Part shown: positions 13,235 to 26,948 of the stretch, in pieces | How the letters are laid out: every line of letters begins with the position of its first letter | Position numbering within the stretch: position 1 is the stretch's first letter | Source of the DNA: Mobula hypostoma | Taxonomy: Eukaryota | DNA: 64,000 nucleotides | Assembly: GCF_963921235.1 (NCBI RefSeq) | Contig: NC_086097.1 | Coordinates: 37,760,001-37,824,000 of the forward strand | Direction of reading: 5' to 3' | Program-made: the position numbers and the translations under genes | The notes under the pieces: generated by a model | The model's input: the letters and a program-made list of their open reading frames with translations, nothing else | Told to the model about the DNA's origin: nothing | Databases searched by the model: none

Positions 13235-13720
13235 ATAGAAAGGGTGCAGAGGAGATTTACAAGGATGTTGCCTGGATTGGGGAGCATGCCTTATGAAAAC
13301 AGGTTGAGTGAACTCGGCCTTTTTCTGCTTGGAGCGACGGAGGATGAAAGGTGACCTGACAGAGGTGTATAAGATGATGAGAGACATTGATCATGTGGAT
13401 AGTCAGGGGCTTTTTCCCAGGGCTGAAATGGTTGTCACAAGAGGACACAGGTTTAGGTTGCTGGGGAGTAGGTACAGAGGAGATGTCAGGGGAAAGTTTT
13501 TTACTCAGAGAGTGGTGAGTGCGTGGAATGGGCTGCTGGCAACGATAGTGGAGGCGGATATGATAGGGTCTTTTAAGAGACTTTTGGATAGGTACATGAA
13601 GCTTAGAAAAATAGAGGGCTATTGGTAAGCCTAGTAATTTCTAAGGTAGGGACATGTTCGGCACAACTTTGAGGGCCGAAGGGCCTGTATTGTGCTGTAG
13701 GTTTTCTGTGTTTCTATGTA
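13235..13720 (+). mobile_element. CR1 3' fragment
   Basis: LERRRMKGDLTEVYK...TRGH...FFTQRVVSAWNGL plus 3' UTR; same subfamily as 46285-46920. Confidence 0.9.
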
Positions 13721-14035
13721 ACCTGTTAACCATCAGGTAGGAGGTACAGAAGCCTGAAGGCACACACTCAGCGCTTCAGAAACAGCTTCTTCCCCTCTGC
13801 CATGCGATTCCTGGGTGGACATTGAGCCCTTGAACACAACCTCACTTTTTAAATATGTATTATTTCTGTTTTTTGCACAATTTTTAATCTATTCACATAC
13901 ATATACTGTAATTAATTTACTTATTTATTATTTTTCTTCTTTTTTTCTATATTACGCATTGCATTGGACTGCTGCTGCTAAGTTAACAAATTTCACAGCA
14001 CATGCTGGTGATAATAAACCTGATGATGATTCTAA
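13721..14035 (+). mobile_element. Rex-Babar 3' tail
   Basis: Nearly the same sequence as 6970-7303, ending aataaacctgat. Confidence 0.75.
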
Positions 14036-14464
14036 TCTTTTTCTTGAGCATGTGTCATTTGAACTAATTAGTTGCATTGATTTGCTTCCAGAAAAGGAAG
14101 ACTGGTTAATTGTAGAATTCTTACTATTTTGTTTTTGCATAGTAATGAGGAATTAGGGTCTAAAGAATAGTTGGAAAGGATGGCCAGTATGAATCCTGAT
14201 CCAATCTTCCTGTTACACGTCTCCATTTCCCTTTTTGGCTTTTGTTCCTAGGATTTTCCAGGACTTTTTCTGTCTGATATGGGTAGAATATGAAAGTTAT
14301 AAAAACACTTTCTCTGTTTGAAGACCAGAATGGAGGCATTGAGTAGTTGCAACCATCATTTTGGTCTTCATTTCCAAGTCAGCTCACAATGGATTGTGAC
14401 AGTATTTATCTGCATCATGTATCTATACCAAAAGGAGTGAATGCATTTTTGCCTGAATGCAATA

Positions 14465-14965
14465 TATATAGTCATCGAGCTGCACAACATGGAAACAAGT
14501 TCTTCACCCTGACTTCTCCATGCCAGCCAAGTTCTTTGCCCTGACTTCTCCATGCCAGCCAAGTTGCCAGACTGAGCTATTCTATTTGCATGGGTTTGGT
14601 CCATTTCATTCTAAACCTTTCCTGTCCTTGGGTACAAGATGAGAAGAAGCATAGATCAAGTGGATAGTCACAATGGATAGCACAAGGGGGTATAACTTTA
14701 AGGTGATTGGAGGAAGATAAAGAGGGGATCTCAGAGGTACATTTTTTTTTAACACAGAGAGGTACGTGCGTGAAACACCCTTCCAGGGCTGGTGGTAGAG
14801 GTAGATATATTAGGGGCATTTAAGAAACTCTAAGATAGGCACATAGGTGATAGATAAATGGAGGGCTACATAGCAGGGAAGGTTAGATTGATCTTAGAGT
14901 AGGTTAAAAATTCAGCACAACATCGTGGCCAAAGGGCCTGTGCTGTGCTGTAATGTTTTATGTTT
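14465..14965. mobile_element. Two CR1 3' fragments in opposite orientations
   Basis: Minus-strand CR1 UTR at about 14465-14625 with an internal ~27-bp duplication; plus-strand TRG.NFKVIGGR...3' UTR at about 14645-14965. Confidence 0.6.
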
Positions 14966-15774
14966 ATCTACAGTAATTGAATGTCTTTGCAGTACCAGAA
15001 GGGTCTAGTTGTAGCTTCCAAATAAATGCTAATTGTGAGAAATATTAAATGTAACAAGGACATAAGCACCCTAACTTATTTGCACAGTGAACTGAGACAG
15101 TAGCGGGTTCATTAAAGCTCATTCTACGTTGCCTCCAAGCAAGCTGTATATTGTTCATAGCATTCACACAGGCATTCCTCTTCTCTTGTAAGTCAAAAAC
15201 TTAATCTTGCTTTCCTAGATGTTGAACATTTTGCCATGCTGACTATCCCTGATCAGCCTGTCTTTTCCTTGTCCCTCATTCTATCTGGTTAGCTGCTTCT
15301 TAGGATAATAAAACAGGGACCAGAAACAAATAGTGTGAAGAATCATAGTCACCTGCCTTGAAGCAATCAGAAGAGAAAGTGCTGCAGGTCATTGCCGGTC
15401 TTAGTATTTTTCTCAACGAATCATATTATGAATTTTGGAAAAATTGATTTTTTTTCACTGTGAACAAGTAATGAACTTAGAATCATGATTCACGGAAGTA
15501 GAATTCTGTTGCCTTTACACTTTATGTACTTGAAATTACACTAAGCAATCTTGAATCATTCTATGAAATGAATCACAGGAGGCATCTTAGTGACCTAGAT
15601 TTGTTTTGACATTTCAGTCAAAGCAAATCCAAGAAAGAAGCTTCAGTAATACCATAGCTGCTGAGCAACATAACTTGTAGAGATTTGAGCCTTTAATGCA
15701 TTTAGGAACTGATTTGTCTTCAAAAAACAATCCCATAGGCTAAAATAACAAGGTTGGGACTTTAAAGAGGTGAA

Positions 15775-16122
15775 AGATTAGGGTAGTGGGGTGGAGATAT
15801 ACCTCTACTAAGGAAGGTGTAAGGTGCTCCTCTTCTCTGCTAGCCTGTAGATCACCCTTGGGCAAGGCATAGCCTCCCTGTCAGGGTCACGTGAAGCCAT
15901 GGGAGCAAATGGTGGATGGTTGTATGAGCAGCTGGTACTTATCACAAGTCCTAGTTATGCGACCACTGACACCAGGCAGACGATCCCTGAAGAGTATTGA
16001 TGAAGGCTGGGGTCACCCGTCTTGTGAAGTCACTGCCCAGAAGAAGGCAACAGTGAACCACTTCTGTAGAAAAATTTGCCAAGAACGATCATGGTCATGG
16101 AAAGACCATAATCACCCACGTT
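15775..16122 (+). mobile_element. Non-autonomous element with RTE/BovB-like 3' end
   Basis: agaagaaggcaacagtgaaccacttctgtagaaaaatttgccaagaa resembles the RTE (Bov-A-like) tail. Confidence 0.5.
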
Positions 16123-16750
16123 ACTTTACTTCCTGAGAAAACTAAAGAAATTTGGCCTGTCCCCTAAAACCCTCACTAATTTTTATAGGTGCACCGTAGA
16201 AAGCATTCTTCTAGGGTGTATCACAACCTGGTATGGAAGTTGTCCTGTCCAAGACCGAAAGAAGCTGTGGAAGATCGTGAACATGGCGCAGCACATCACA
16301 CAAACCAATCTCCCGTCCTTGGACTCACTTTACACCGGACGCTGTCAGAGCAGTGCTGCCAGGATAATCAAGGACACGACCCACCCAGCCAACACATTTT
16401 TCGTCCCTCTTCCCTCCGGGAGAAGGCTCAGGAGCTTGAAGACTCGTACGGCCAGATTTGGGAACAGCTTCTTTCCAACTGTGATAAGACTGCTGAACAG
16501 ACCCTGACCCGGATCTGGGCCGTACCCTCCAAATATCCAGACCTGCCTCTCGGTTTTTTTGCACTACCTTACTTTCCATTTTTCTATTTTCTATTTTGAT
16601 TTATAATTTAAATTTTTAATATTTACTAATTTTTACTATTTTTAATATTTAATATTTGTAATCCAGGGAGCGGGAAGCGCAGAATCAAATATCACTGTGA
16701 TGATTGTACGTTCTAGTATCAATTGTTTGGCGACAATAAAGTATAAAGTT
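16123..16750 (+). mobile_element. Rex-Babar LINE 3' part
   Basis: YFLRKLKKFGL, LPSGRRLRSLKTRTARFGNSFFP; ends aataaagtataaag. Confidence 0.85.
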
Positions 16751-17102
16751 ATACGACACAGCACATAATGAATGAACAAACATAAAACATTGATGGGAAC
16801 TGCAACACAAATATCAAAGTAACCAGATGACTGTAGATAATGGAATGTGGAGCAGTACACAATGGGCTGGAAGAACTCAGCAGGTCTGGCAGCATCAGTG
16901 GGAGGAGAGAAATTGCCTGGGAGGAAAGAAATGTTGACAATTTCTTCCCTTCTAGTTCTGCTTGACTTGCTGAGTTCTTCCAGCAAACGATGTATTGAAA
17001 CAGATGAAAGATTTGAGAATGCAATGATATATCAATCAAGTACTGTATTCTTCAAAAGTTCTATTCAAAAACTAGCATGCAGCAACTTAATTGTGTTGTA
17101 GA

Positions 17103-17932
17103 CCAATGTTCCCTCCAGCTTGTAATGACCAGTGCGCGCAAAAATCTTGTACTGTGCAATTGTTTGCCTAGTAACAACATGCGTGCACTGAATTTTTAAG
17201 TGGAAGTAAACCTGAAGCTATTCTAAGGATAATAAACAACCAAATCCAGTTTAAAAGAAATAAAATAATACACATCAATGAGGCCTATTTCTCATATACG
17301 ACATATTTCTCATATTCTCACAAAATGTACGTAGCAGGCCTATAGCGGGTAATGAAGGGTTTTCTCGCCAGAGCTTTTGCACACCGACCATATGTGATTT
17401 TCTTGCTAAACGATGCTTTAAAAAGTCAAGCTTCCAAATATCATTCCATTTCTTCCCACTTACAAATTCTCCAGCAACTTTAACATCATGACAATTCACA
17501 CAGGCAACACTAGTTTCTGTATTGTACATAAATATTTCTCATAGCTGTACATCCCTGACCTCATGAGCTTTCGGTGTAGCAGCTTCTACTGCTTCATTAA
17601 GCCATTCCACTTTAAATGAACTAGCAGGTTTTTTGCGCTTCATGTCTTTCCTTCTTTGGAATTCGACATGGTGAATTTATAATTTCTTCAGTAAAGACAG
17701 TATAAATGGACCAGTTCTAAAATCTGCAGACAAATCATTGCAAACTCCATGACGTCAACACCGTCAAATCAGAAACTGGAAAAGGAAATGTGATTGTGTA
17801 CAATCGTGAAATATACTTTACATGCCAATGGGGTAAAGGGTGACAACTTTTGTGCGCATTTTAAATTCCTTTGTGCGTTAGTAGCAAAAGATGTGCGCAC
17901 ACGCATACACGCACACCTTACAGAGAATGGAG
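17103..17932 (-). mobile_element. Internally deleted hAT-like DNA transposon
   Basis: Left end ccaatgttccctc and a decayed right end. Minus-strand peptide MKRKKPASSFKVEWL...CVNC...WKLDFLKHRLARKSH resembles a TTF-type zinc-finger N-terminus of hAT transposases. Confidence 0.55.
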
Positions 17933-18119
17933 GCTCTCTCTATTTGAACTTCGATATGTGGTTTTCTGCTTTAAACGTAAGGGGTTCGATTGTGTCGGAC
18001 TAGAACCACCAGTGTTCATCCATTCCCAGACTTGTGTAAGTCTGCTGTATGTCAACAATGGAGCCCAAATGTGCCAGGATTTAACATCTTATGTACACCC
18101 ATTTTAGCCCTTTCCCGAT

Positions 18120-19052
18120 TAGTACTCACCAGAAGAACCACCTGCAGACCATTGTCGACAAGTTCTCCACAGCCTCAAAGCTGTTTGGCCTGACAGTCAG
18201 CCTTGGTAAGACAGAAGTTCTCCTACAATCTGCATCAAACAGTCACCCTCCTCAGCCATGCATCACCATCGACGGCACTGTCCTGAAGAATTTGGAGAGC
18301 TTCAAGTATCTAGGAAGCACCATCTCCAGTGACGGATCCCTTGACAAGGAGATCATAGCAAGGATCCAGAAAGCCAGCCAGGCACTTGGGAAACTCCACA
18401 TCAAAGTTCTGGAGCACAAGGACATTCAGCTTTCAACCAAGTTCAAGGTGTACAAGGCTGTGGTCCTCACCTCTCTCCTGTACGGCTGTGAAACCTGGAC
18501 CCTGTACCGCAGGAACATCAAACAGCTGGAGCAGTTTCACATGCGCTCTCTGCGGTCGATCATGAGGATCCGACTGCAGGACCAAATCACCAACTAGGAA
18601 TTCCTTGACAGAGCCAACAGCACGAGCATTGAGGCAAGGATCCTCCAGGCCCAGCTACGCTGGACTGGCCATGTAACCTGCATGGGTGAAACAAGAATCC
18701 CCAGGCAGCTGCTCTACCGTCAGCTTGAGCATGGCAGACAATCTGAAATCGTACATCAAATGGGCGGACCTCCAGCCTCGATAACTTGAGGAGTCCACAG
18801 CCAACAGGGCTGTGTGGCACGCCCTGACCAGAAAAGCTGCATCTCATTTTGAAAATGACCGAAATCAGCTCCTTGCAGCAGCACGAGACCGACGCCACAA
18901 AGCTGTGTATGCACCTGTTCTAACAACCGCCATTCCATGTCCAACCTGCAACCGCATGTGTGCTTCGACCTTCGGCCTCCAAAGCCACATGCGTATCCAC
19001 AGATGACTGCACAATGTTTAGTTTTCCTCGGACCCCGAGAGACAACCACCAT
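18120..19052 (+). mobile_element. RTE-clade LINE 3' part
   Basis: FGLTVSLGKTEVL, FKYLGSTIS, LLYGCETWTLY, QLRWTGHV and a C-terminal C2H2 finger CPTCNRMCASTFGLQSHMRIH. Confidence 0.88.
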
Positions 19053-19169
19053 GTTGTGAAATTAGTTGTTTTGTGGCAGCAGTACAATGCAATACATGAA
19101 AGTACTATAAATTACAAAATGATTGGTATTAAAAAGTTAAATAAGTAGATTAAAATGCAAAAATAATAA

Positions 19170-19820
19170 GGCAGTGTTCAAAATGGAAGTCATTCATTTT
19201 GGTGGAAACAATAAGGTATTTTTAAAATATCGATAGATAGAATGGTATTGATGTCCCATGAGACGCACATATTGTTTGTATATGAATCTGAATGTTACCA
19301 CGTACATTTAGCAAGCACTTGGGAAGACAAGTGATACGTTAGACTGAATTGAAAGATGATTTGAATATAAAAGTAGGAACATCTTACTGCAGGTATAATG
19401 AGACCACAATGTTTGGAATAATGTACACAGGTCTTGTCCACTTACCCAACAAAAAATACTTTCACAAAAGTGTGAACGCAGTGAAGCCTCGTCAGATTAC
19501 TCCTGAGTTGATGAGTTTCTTGTATGAGGAGAGATTCAGAAGACTAGGACTGTTCTTTCTTGAACTGGAAAGAGTGAGGTGATCTCCTTCATAATTTTTT
19601 TTAGGAATTTGACAGAGGATAGATGCATAGTTGTTTCCACAGGCGGGGTTATCTAAAACCAGTGATCATGATCTCAAAATAAGGAGTTACCACTTAGGAC
19701 AGAGATGAGAAGAAATTTCTTCACCCTGTCAATCTCTGGAATTCACTACTTGAAAGTGTGGAAGTATATTCAAGATGTAGATAGTTAGGGTTTTGTATAT
19801 TAAAAGAATTAAAAGATCGG
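19170..19820 (+). mobile_element. Old, highly decayed CR1-like LINE 3' fragment
   Basis: VIHFGG.N and YEERFRRLGLFFLE remnants, plus an EMRRNFF-like segment. Confidence 0.55.
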
Positions 19821-20559
19821 TGATATACTGCAGTTAAAGTGACAAATTGGCACTTATTCCTTGTAAGGTAAATATTTTATTCATTTCTGGGATCTCAGTG
19901 TTACTAGCAAGGTCTGTATCTATCACTCATCCCTGTTTGCCCTTGAAGGAAGTGGTGAACCACCTCACAAACTTTGCAAGAGAAAGTACTCCCTCAGAAG
20001 CATTAGGCGGAGAGTTCCAAGATTTGGATCCAAACACGATGAAGGAATAAATGGCAGTGTATTTCCAAATCAACATTGTTTGGAGGGGAATATGGAAGTT
20101 GTGGTACTTTCATAAGCAGCAACAAGCATCACTTTTCCTTGGGTTCTTTTTGCGTAAATATGCAAGCTCACTTCTATCAAAAGCTATCTCAGTGAATTCA
20201 CACCATGAGACTTGATTGCAGTTGAATGGAAGAGGAAAGGCATCAATCATTCTCAATTCACCCTTTTACTGAGAAGCAAAAACGTGTATGTGCATTGGAA
20301 ATGAATTTGGCTCATTTACATTACACAGAATATGTATTGTAAAATACAAATCAATAAGTAATCAAGTGAAATTAATTTTTATTGTTGTCAAGTGGCACTG
20401 CTTATTTTGCCTACTCCTTTAAAACAAAAGGAAGAGGTGTTTGATTGTGGGTAGGCAAAAGTATATCAGATGGAGCACAGTACAGGTAAATGTGAAGCCA
20501 TTCTCTCTAACCAAAGGGAACAGTATGCATTCTAAATGTTGAAAAGCTTCAAATAGTGA

Positions 20560-20928
<369 letters not shown>

Positions 20929-21027
20929 TAATTTGACTGTGCAATGTTTCATTGATCCTAAGCAGTGGTGGTTTATTTTCAAAGCATCCCTTCCAAACGC
21001 CACTTTCCAAGAGTCAGTAGAGTTTTG

Positions 21028-21350
21028 AGTGGTGGCACAGTGAAAGTGCTGCCTCGTGGCTCCAGTGACCCAGGTTCCATCCTGACCGCCACTGGTCTTT
21101 GTGTGGAGTTTGCACGTTATCCTCAGGAATACCTGGGTTTTCTCCAACATACCAAAGTTATTTGTGATTCGCAGGTAAATTGGCCACAATAAATTGCCTG
21201 TTGTGCATGGGTGAGTTATAGGGTCTGAGAGTGGGGTGGGAACAAATAGAAGGAACTGATGAGAATTGTGGGGAATAGGTTACAAGGAAAATTCGTGGGA
21301 GAATGAAAGCTGGCATAGATTAGATGGTGTTAAAATGGCCTCCGTTCTGC
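21028..21350 (+). mobile_element. V-SINE (HE1-like), decayed
   Basis: A box ggtggcacagtg, B box ggttccatcc and V domain tgtgtggagtttgcacgtt. Confidence 0.7.
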
Positions 21351-22699
21351 AAGGAAATGAATCATGCATAAATATATGAAGTGGTATGTCAAAAAGTTTG
21401 TTTCCATTTCAATTTGTATTTCATCTTTTATCTTGAACAATTTGCCCACCCAGAATTTGGCTCAATTAGCTCCCTATAGGAAGGAAACATTTTGGAGGGG
21501 GACCTTAGTTGGATTCTGGAGGGATAAGAGAATGCAAGAATCTATTATAATAGATGAGAAATTGATTTCTGAACTCAGTACATCAGATTGTGGTGCAGGG
21601 AGAGGCCTATGCTCATGACAGGAAGAGGTGAGTTTAATGGTTTGGGAGAAAGCATTCCCATTCCTTCTAAAGTTGAATCTGCTACAAGCAATTCTTTGGC
21701 CACAAATTTCACGCCAAATTCTGGCAAATGGTCTATTCTATCGGAAGGTTTGTGTCTTTGAAATTATGTATGACTCTGAGATGAGCTTTGAACTATGAAT
21801 TTATATCAATGTTAGACTACCCACTTCTATCTCAGTGAAACCACCTGATGCAGCTCCACTAATTTCCCTGAATCCATCTTAAGAATTTGGTCTATCTCTC
21901 TTCCTTGCCTCCAACCAATGTACTCCCAAATTCCCAATTTTACTACTTCCACTGTTGTGTAGACTCTAAAATCTGGTTTTATCACTTTTGGTGGCAGTAT
22001 TTTTAATTATTCATTTAGATGATGTTTCTGTGAAACACCTCAGCACATTTAACAACAAAGAGCACTTTTTAAATAACAAGATTGGAAGAATCAACATGCC
22101 TGCAGGGAGCAAGATGTTCCCCTGATCAACCCATAGTGCCCATAATCCATCCGTGCTTCTCCAATTTAAAACAGCCAATGACAATTGCGGTTGGGTATGA
22201 GAATTCTGAAGTTTTAACATATCTATAGTTCATACTCCTGTACCTCTGATTACACTTGACCCTTGAATTGATGGTATCTCTCTAATGTATGAGAGAATAG
22301 TAGATACCATATTATCATGGCAAAACATTCTAAAGTGAGATGAGCTTAAGATATAAATAATCCTTAAGTAAACACAAGGAAAGATTGTAATTTCCATTTT
22401 CTGTTTTGGAGTTTTATTTCTTTTCCATTCCAGTTTTCCTGATGACCTTTCCCCTCCATCCTCCTCTCACCCCTGCGTGCTTCTCACTGGTCTGCCTTCC
22501 ACTTTTCTGTAAGCTGCCATTCTGTACGTACTCTATATCTCATGTTGCTCTGCTTTCTGTGTGCATGGCCTTTATTTGTGAAAAAAATGCTGATGTATAT
22601 TTTTGTTCTATAACTAATATTTTAGAGCCACTGCAATTTTTAACTACAATGAAATTTTGAGCTTTCCTACCATTAAGGACATCTTCAAAAGCTGATGGT

Positions 22700-23035
22700 T
22701 GAAAAAGGCAGCATCCACCTTTAAGGATGCTCACCAACCCAGGACATGCCCTCTTCTAATTACTACCATCAGAGAGGGGGTACAGGGGCCTGAAGACATA
22801 CACTCAATGTTTTATGAACAACTTCTTCCCCTCTGCCATCAGATCTTTGAATGTGCAATGAACCCATGAACACTAGCTCCCTATTTTTGCTCTCTTTTTG
22901 TACTACTTTCTTATTTTTTATATATATATTTCTTATTGTAATTTATAGTTAATTTTATTTTTTTGTGCTGTACTGCTGCCACAAAGTAACAAATTTCACT
23001 ATCTGTAATATTAAACCTTATTCTGAATCTGATTC
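22700..23035 (+). mobile_element. Rex-Babar 3' tail
   Basis: aaggcagcatcc...ttcttcccctctgccatcag...taaaccttattctgaatctgattct. Confidence 0.75.
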
Positions 23036-23431
23036 TATCTTCATTCATTATTTTCAGCTAATTTCTCTGTAGAATGTACTCTTGTCTACCAGATTCTTTT
23101 CATTATCCCTCACTGGTACAGAAACCATGTTAACCATGACTAAAGAATAATTGCCATAACGTTTCTTTCAATTTTTGTTTTACTTATTTCATGCAAACAG
23201 CCTGGATTTTGCCAGGAATTACACATAGGCCAGGTAGCATTTAACCTCATAAGTGTCAGCAAATTTGGAATTCTTTACACATGGAAATCCTGAATTTGTT
23301 GGCCAGGCTCCACCAGTAATTTCCTGACAAAGAGCAAGATCCTGCTGGAGAATCTGATTGTGGACCCCATGACAGATTAGTTATTCATCTGAATGTTGAT
23401 TTTATGGCTGTAATGAAGACGTAAATATGTC

Positions 23432-25520
23432 TGCAACACACACAAGATGTTGGAGGGCTCAGCAGGCCAGGAACATCAATTGAAAAGAGTAAACATTCGA
23501 TGTTTTGGACCAAAACCCTTCATCAGGACTTGGAAAAGAAAGATGAAAAGTTAGAGCAAGAAGGTGGGAGGGAGGAGAGGAAGAAGTACAAGGCGGCAGG
23601 TGATAGGTGAAACCAGGAGAGGGATGGGTGAAGTACAGAGCTGGGAAGTCAACTGGTAAAAGAGACAAAGGGCTGGAGAAGAGGAAATCTGATAGGAGAG
23701 GAATGAAGACCATGGAAGAAAGGGGAGGAGGAGGAGCATAGAGGGAGGTGATGGGGAGGTAAGGAGATAAGGTGAGAGAGGGAAATGGGAATGGGAATGG
23801 TGAAGTGGGCGGGGAGGTGCAATTATGGAGTTTGAGAAATCAATGTTCATGCCATTAGATTGGATGTTACCCATACGGAATGTAAGGTGTGGCTCTTCCA
23901 ACCTGAGTGTGGCCTCATCATGGCAATAGAGAAGGCAGTGGACTGACATATCAGAATTGAAATGGGTGGCCACTGGGAGATCCTCTTTTGCTGGTGGATG
24001 GAGTGTAGGTGTTCAGCGAAATAGTCTCCCAATTATGTCACATCTCATCGATACACAGGAGGCCACATCAGGAGCACCAGATACAGTAGATGACCCCAAC
24101 AGACTCAGAGGTGAAGTGTTGCCTCACCTGGAAGGGCTTTTTGAGGCCCAGAATGTTAGTGAGGGAGGAGGTGTAGGGGCAGGTATGGCACTTATTCCAC
24201 TTGCAAGGATAGGTATCAGGAGATCCGTGGGGAGGGATAAATGGACAGGGGAGTCATATAGGAAGTGATCCCTGCAGAAAGTGGAAATTGGGAGGGAGGG
24301 AAAGGTGTGCTTGGTGGTGGGATCCCGTTGGAGATAGTAGAAGTTATGGTGAATTATGTGCTGGATGCGGAGGCTGGTGGAGTGGTAGGTGAGGACAAGA
24401 GGAACCCTATCCGTGATGGAGTAGCAGGAGGATGGGGTAAGGGCTGTTGTGCACAAATTGGAAGAGATGTGGGTGAGGGCAGCGTTGATGGAGGAGGAAG
24501 GAAAGCCCCTTTCTTTGTTGAAGCAGGACATCTCATTAGTTCTGGAATGAAAAGCCTCATCGTGAGAGCAGATCAGGTGGAGAATGAGGAACTGAGAGAC
24601 GGGAATGCATTTTTAAAAGTGACAGGGTGGAAGAGGTCTTGTCCAGGTAGCTGTGAAAATCAGTAGGTTTATAAAAGATATCTGTAGATAAACCGTCTCC
24701 AGAGATAGAGACAGAGAGATTGAGAAAGGGGAGGGAGGTGTCCGAAATGGACCAGGCAAATTTGAGGGCACGGTGGAAGTTGGAAGCAAAGTTGATGAGT
24801 TGACAGGCTCAGCATGGGTGTAGGAAGCAGCACCAATGCAGTTGTCAATGTAGTGTAGGAAAAGTTGGGGAGTAATACTGATGTAGGCTTGGAACATAGA
24901 CTGTTCCATGTAGCCGACAAAAAAGGCAGACATAGCTGGGACCCATGTGAGTTCTCATGGCTACACCTTTGGTTTGGAGGAAGTGGCAAGAGCTGAAGAG
25001 GAAATTATTGAGAGTGAGGACCAGTTCCACCAGATGGAGAAGAGTGGTGGTGGAGGGGAACAGCTTGGGTCTATTATCTAGAGAGAAGTGGAAAGCTTGA
25101 AGATCCTCTTGATGGGTGATGGAAATGTGTAGGGACTGGATGTCCATGGTGAAAATGAGATGATTGGGGCCAGGGAACTTGAAGACATTGAAAGATCCAG
25201 AGTGTGTGAAGTGTCACGAAAGTAGGTGGGAAGGGTCTGAACCATGGGGGATAATCCCCATTCTCCAGCCCTTTATCTCTTTCACTTATCAACTTCCCAG
25301 TCTTTACTTCACCCCTCATCTCTATCATCCATCACATACCACCTTGTACTTCTTCCTCCTCTCCCCCCACCTTCTTGCTCTAACTTCTCTTTTTCTCCCC
25401 AGTCCTGATGGAGGGTCTCGGTCTGAAATGTCGACCCTTTTCCATAGATGCTGTCTGGCCTGCTGCAGCCTTCCAGCATTTTGAGTGCTGCTTGGATTTC
25501 CAGTATCTGCAGATTTTCAT
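23432..25520 (-). mobile_element. Penelope-like element (RT + GIY-YIG), 5'-truncated with inverted terminal copy
   Basis: LQTKGVAM.THMGPSY, FLHYIDNCIG, RVPLVLTYH and DYFAEHL (GIY-YIG region). 25261-25520 (+) is an inverted copy of about 23432-23680. Confidence 0.9.
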
Positions 25521-26294
25521 GTAAATATGTTTCACTTGTTTTCAATTATTTTTCATTATTTGTCTGCTTTTTTAAGTGTCTTAGGAGAACTTTAAAAAAA
25601 TTGTACATGTTCAAGAATTGCTAAATTCATTTATGTTAGTTTTGAAATGTCACAGTCAGCAGTGAGTTTATAAGACAATATTCTCACCTCTGAGTCAGAA
25701 CTTATTTTCCAAACGCTCTGCTGCATCTATGGATCAGATGATCCAATTCTCATTTGGGGTTTTGTCTTGTGGGCTGATAACAAGATGCAAAACCAAATGA
25801 TACAAAATAATCAGGCGAAAATCTGCAGATGCTGGAAATGTAAGCAAAATAATCATTAGAAATTAATGTTGCTCTACAATGGATCTTAGAGTTGTAGAAC
25901 CTTGCTATAAAACTCTAAAAAGAGCAGTTTTATATTATATTAATACATAAAATTAATAACATCATCACGAATTAAAAAGAAAACAGCTTTGATATAGTAA
26001 ATGCACTGGAGTATGTCAAAGGAGCAATGAGATTGGTCTATATAGCGCAAATTCAGGAGGGGTAACCAAAATTCATGTGAAACACCTCCCACAAATCTAC
26101 CCCCTGTCCTATTTTGCAACCATATTGGCATTATCAGTCACCTCAGGACCCACAGAGCTCTTGTCAAACCATGCACTCCTTGATCCTGAGGACTGCCCAA
26201 GGAAAAGGAAAAAAAGTTTGGAAATCCGCTGTCAGATGCGGTTGTTGGAGAATAGTTAGATTGTTGTCCTCCTGAACGATTTGTCTGTCCACCA

Positions 26295-26948
26295 GATGCA
26301 GAAAGGGACTTGGGAGTCCCTGTGCAGAACAACCTAACAGTTAACTTGCAGGTAGAGTCAGTGGTGAGGAAGACAAATACAAATGCAATGTTAGCATTCA
26401 TTTCAAGAGGTCTAGAACACAAAAGCAAGAATGTGATGCTGAGGCTTTATAAGGAACTGATGAGGCCTCACTTTGAGTATTGTGTATCGTTTTGGGCTCC
26501 TCATCTAAGAAAAGATGTGCTGGCATTAGAGAGGGTTCAGAGGAGAATCACAAAGATGATTCAGGGAAACGTAAGGGTTATCATATGAGGATCGTTTGAT
26601 AGATCTGGGTCTGTACTCGTTGGAATTTAGAAGGATGCGGGGGTGAGGTGGATCTCATTGAAACCTTGCAAATGATGAAAGGCCCAGAGATGCGGAGAGA
26701 TTTCTTTAGCCAGAGGGTGGTGAATTTGTGGAATTTGTTACCACAGGTAGCAGTGGAGGCCAGGTCGTTGGGTGTATTTAAGGCAGAGATTGATGGTTCT
26801 GGATTCGATACAGCATGAAAGGTTATGGGGAGAATACCGGGGACTGGGGCTGAGGAGGGGAAAAGAAAAGGATCAGCCATGATAGAATGGTGGAGCAGAC
26901 TCGATGGACCAAATGGCCTAATTCTGCTCCTATGTCTTATGGTCTTAT
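26295..26948 (+). mobile_element. CR1 3' fragment
   Basis: AMLAFISRGLE...RPHFEYCVSFWAPHLRKDVLALERVQRR; tail tatgtcttatggtcttatg. Confidence 0.9.
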
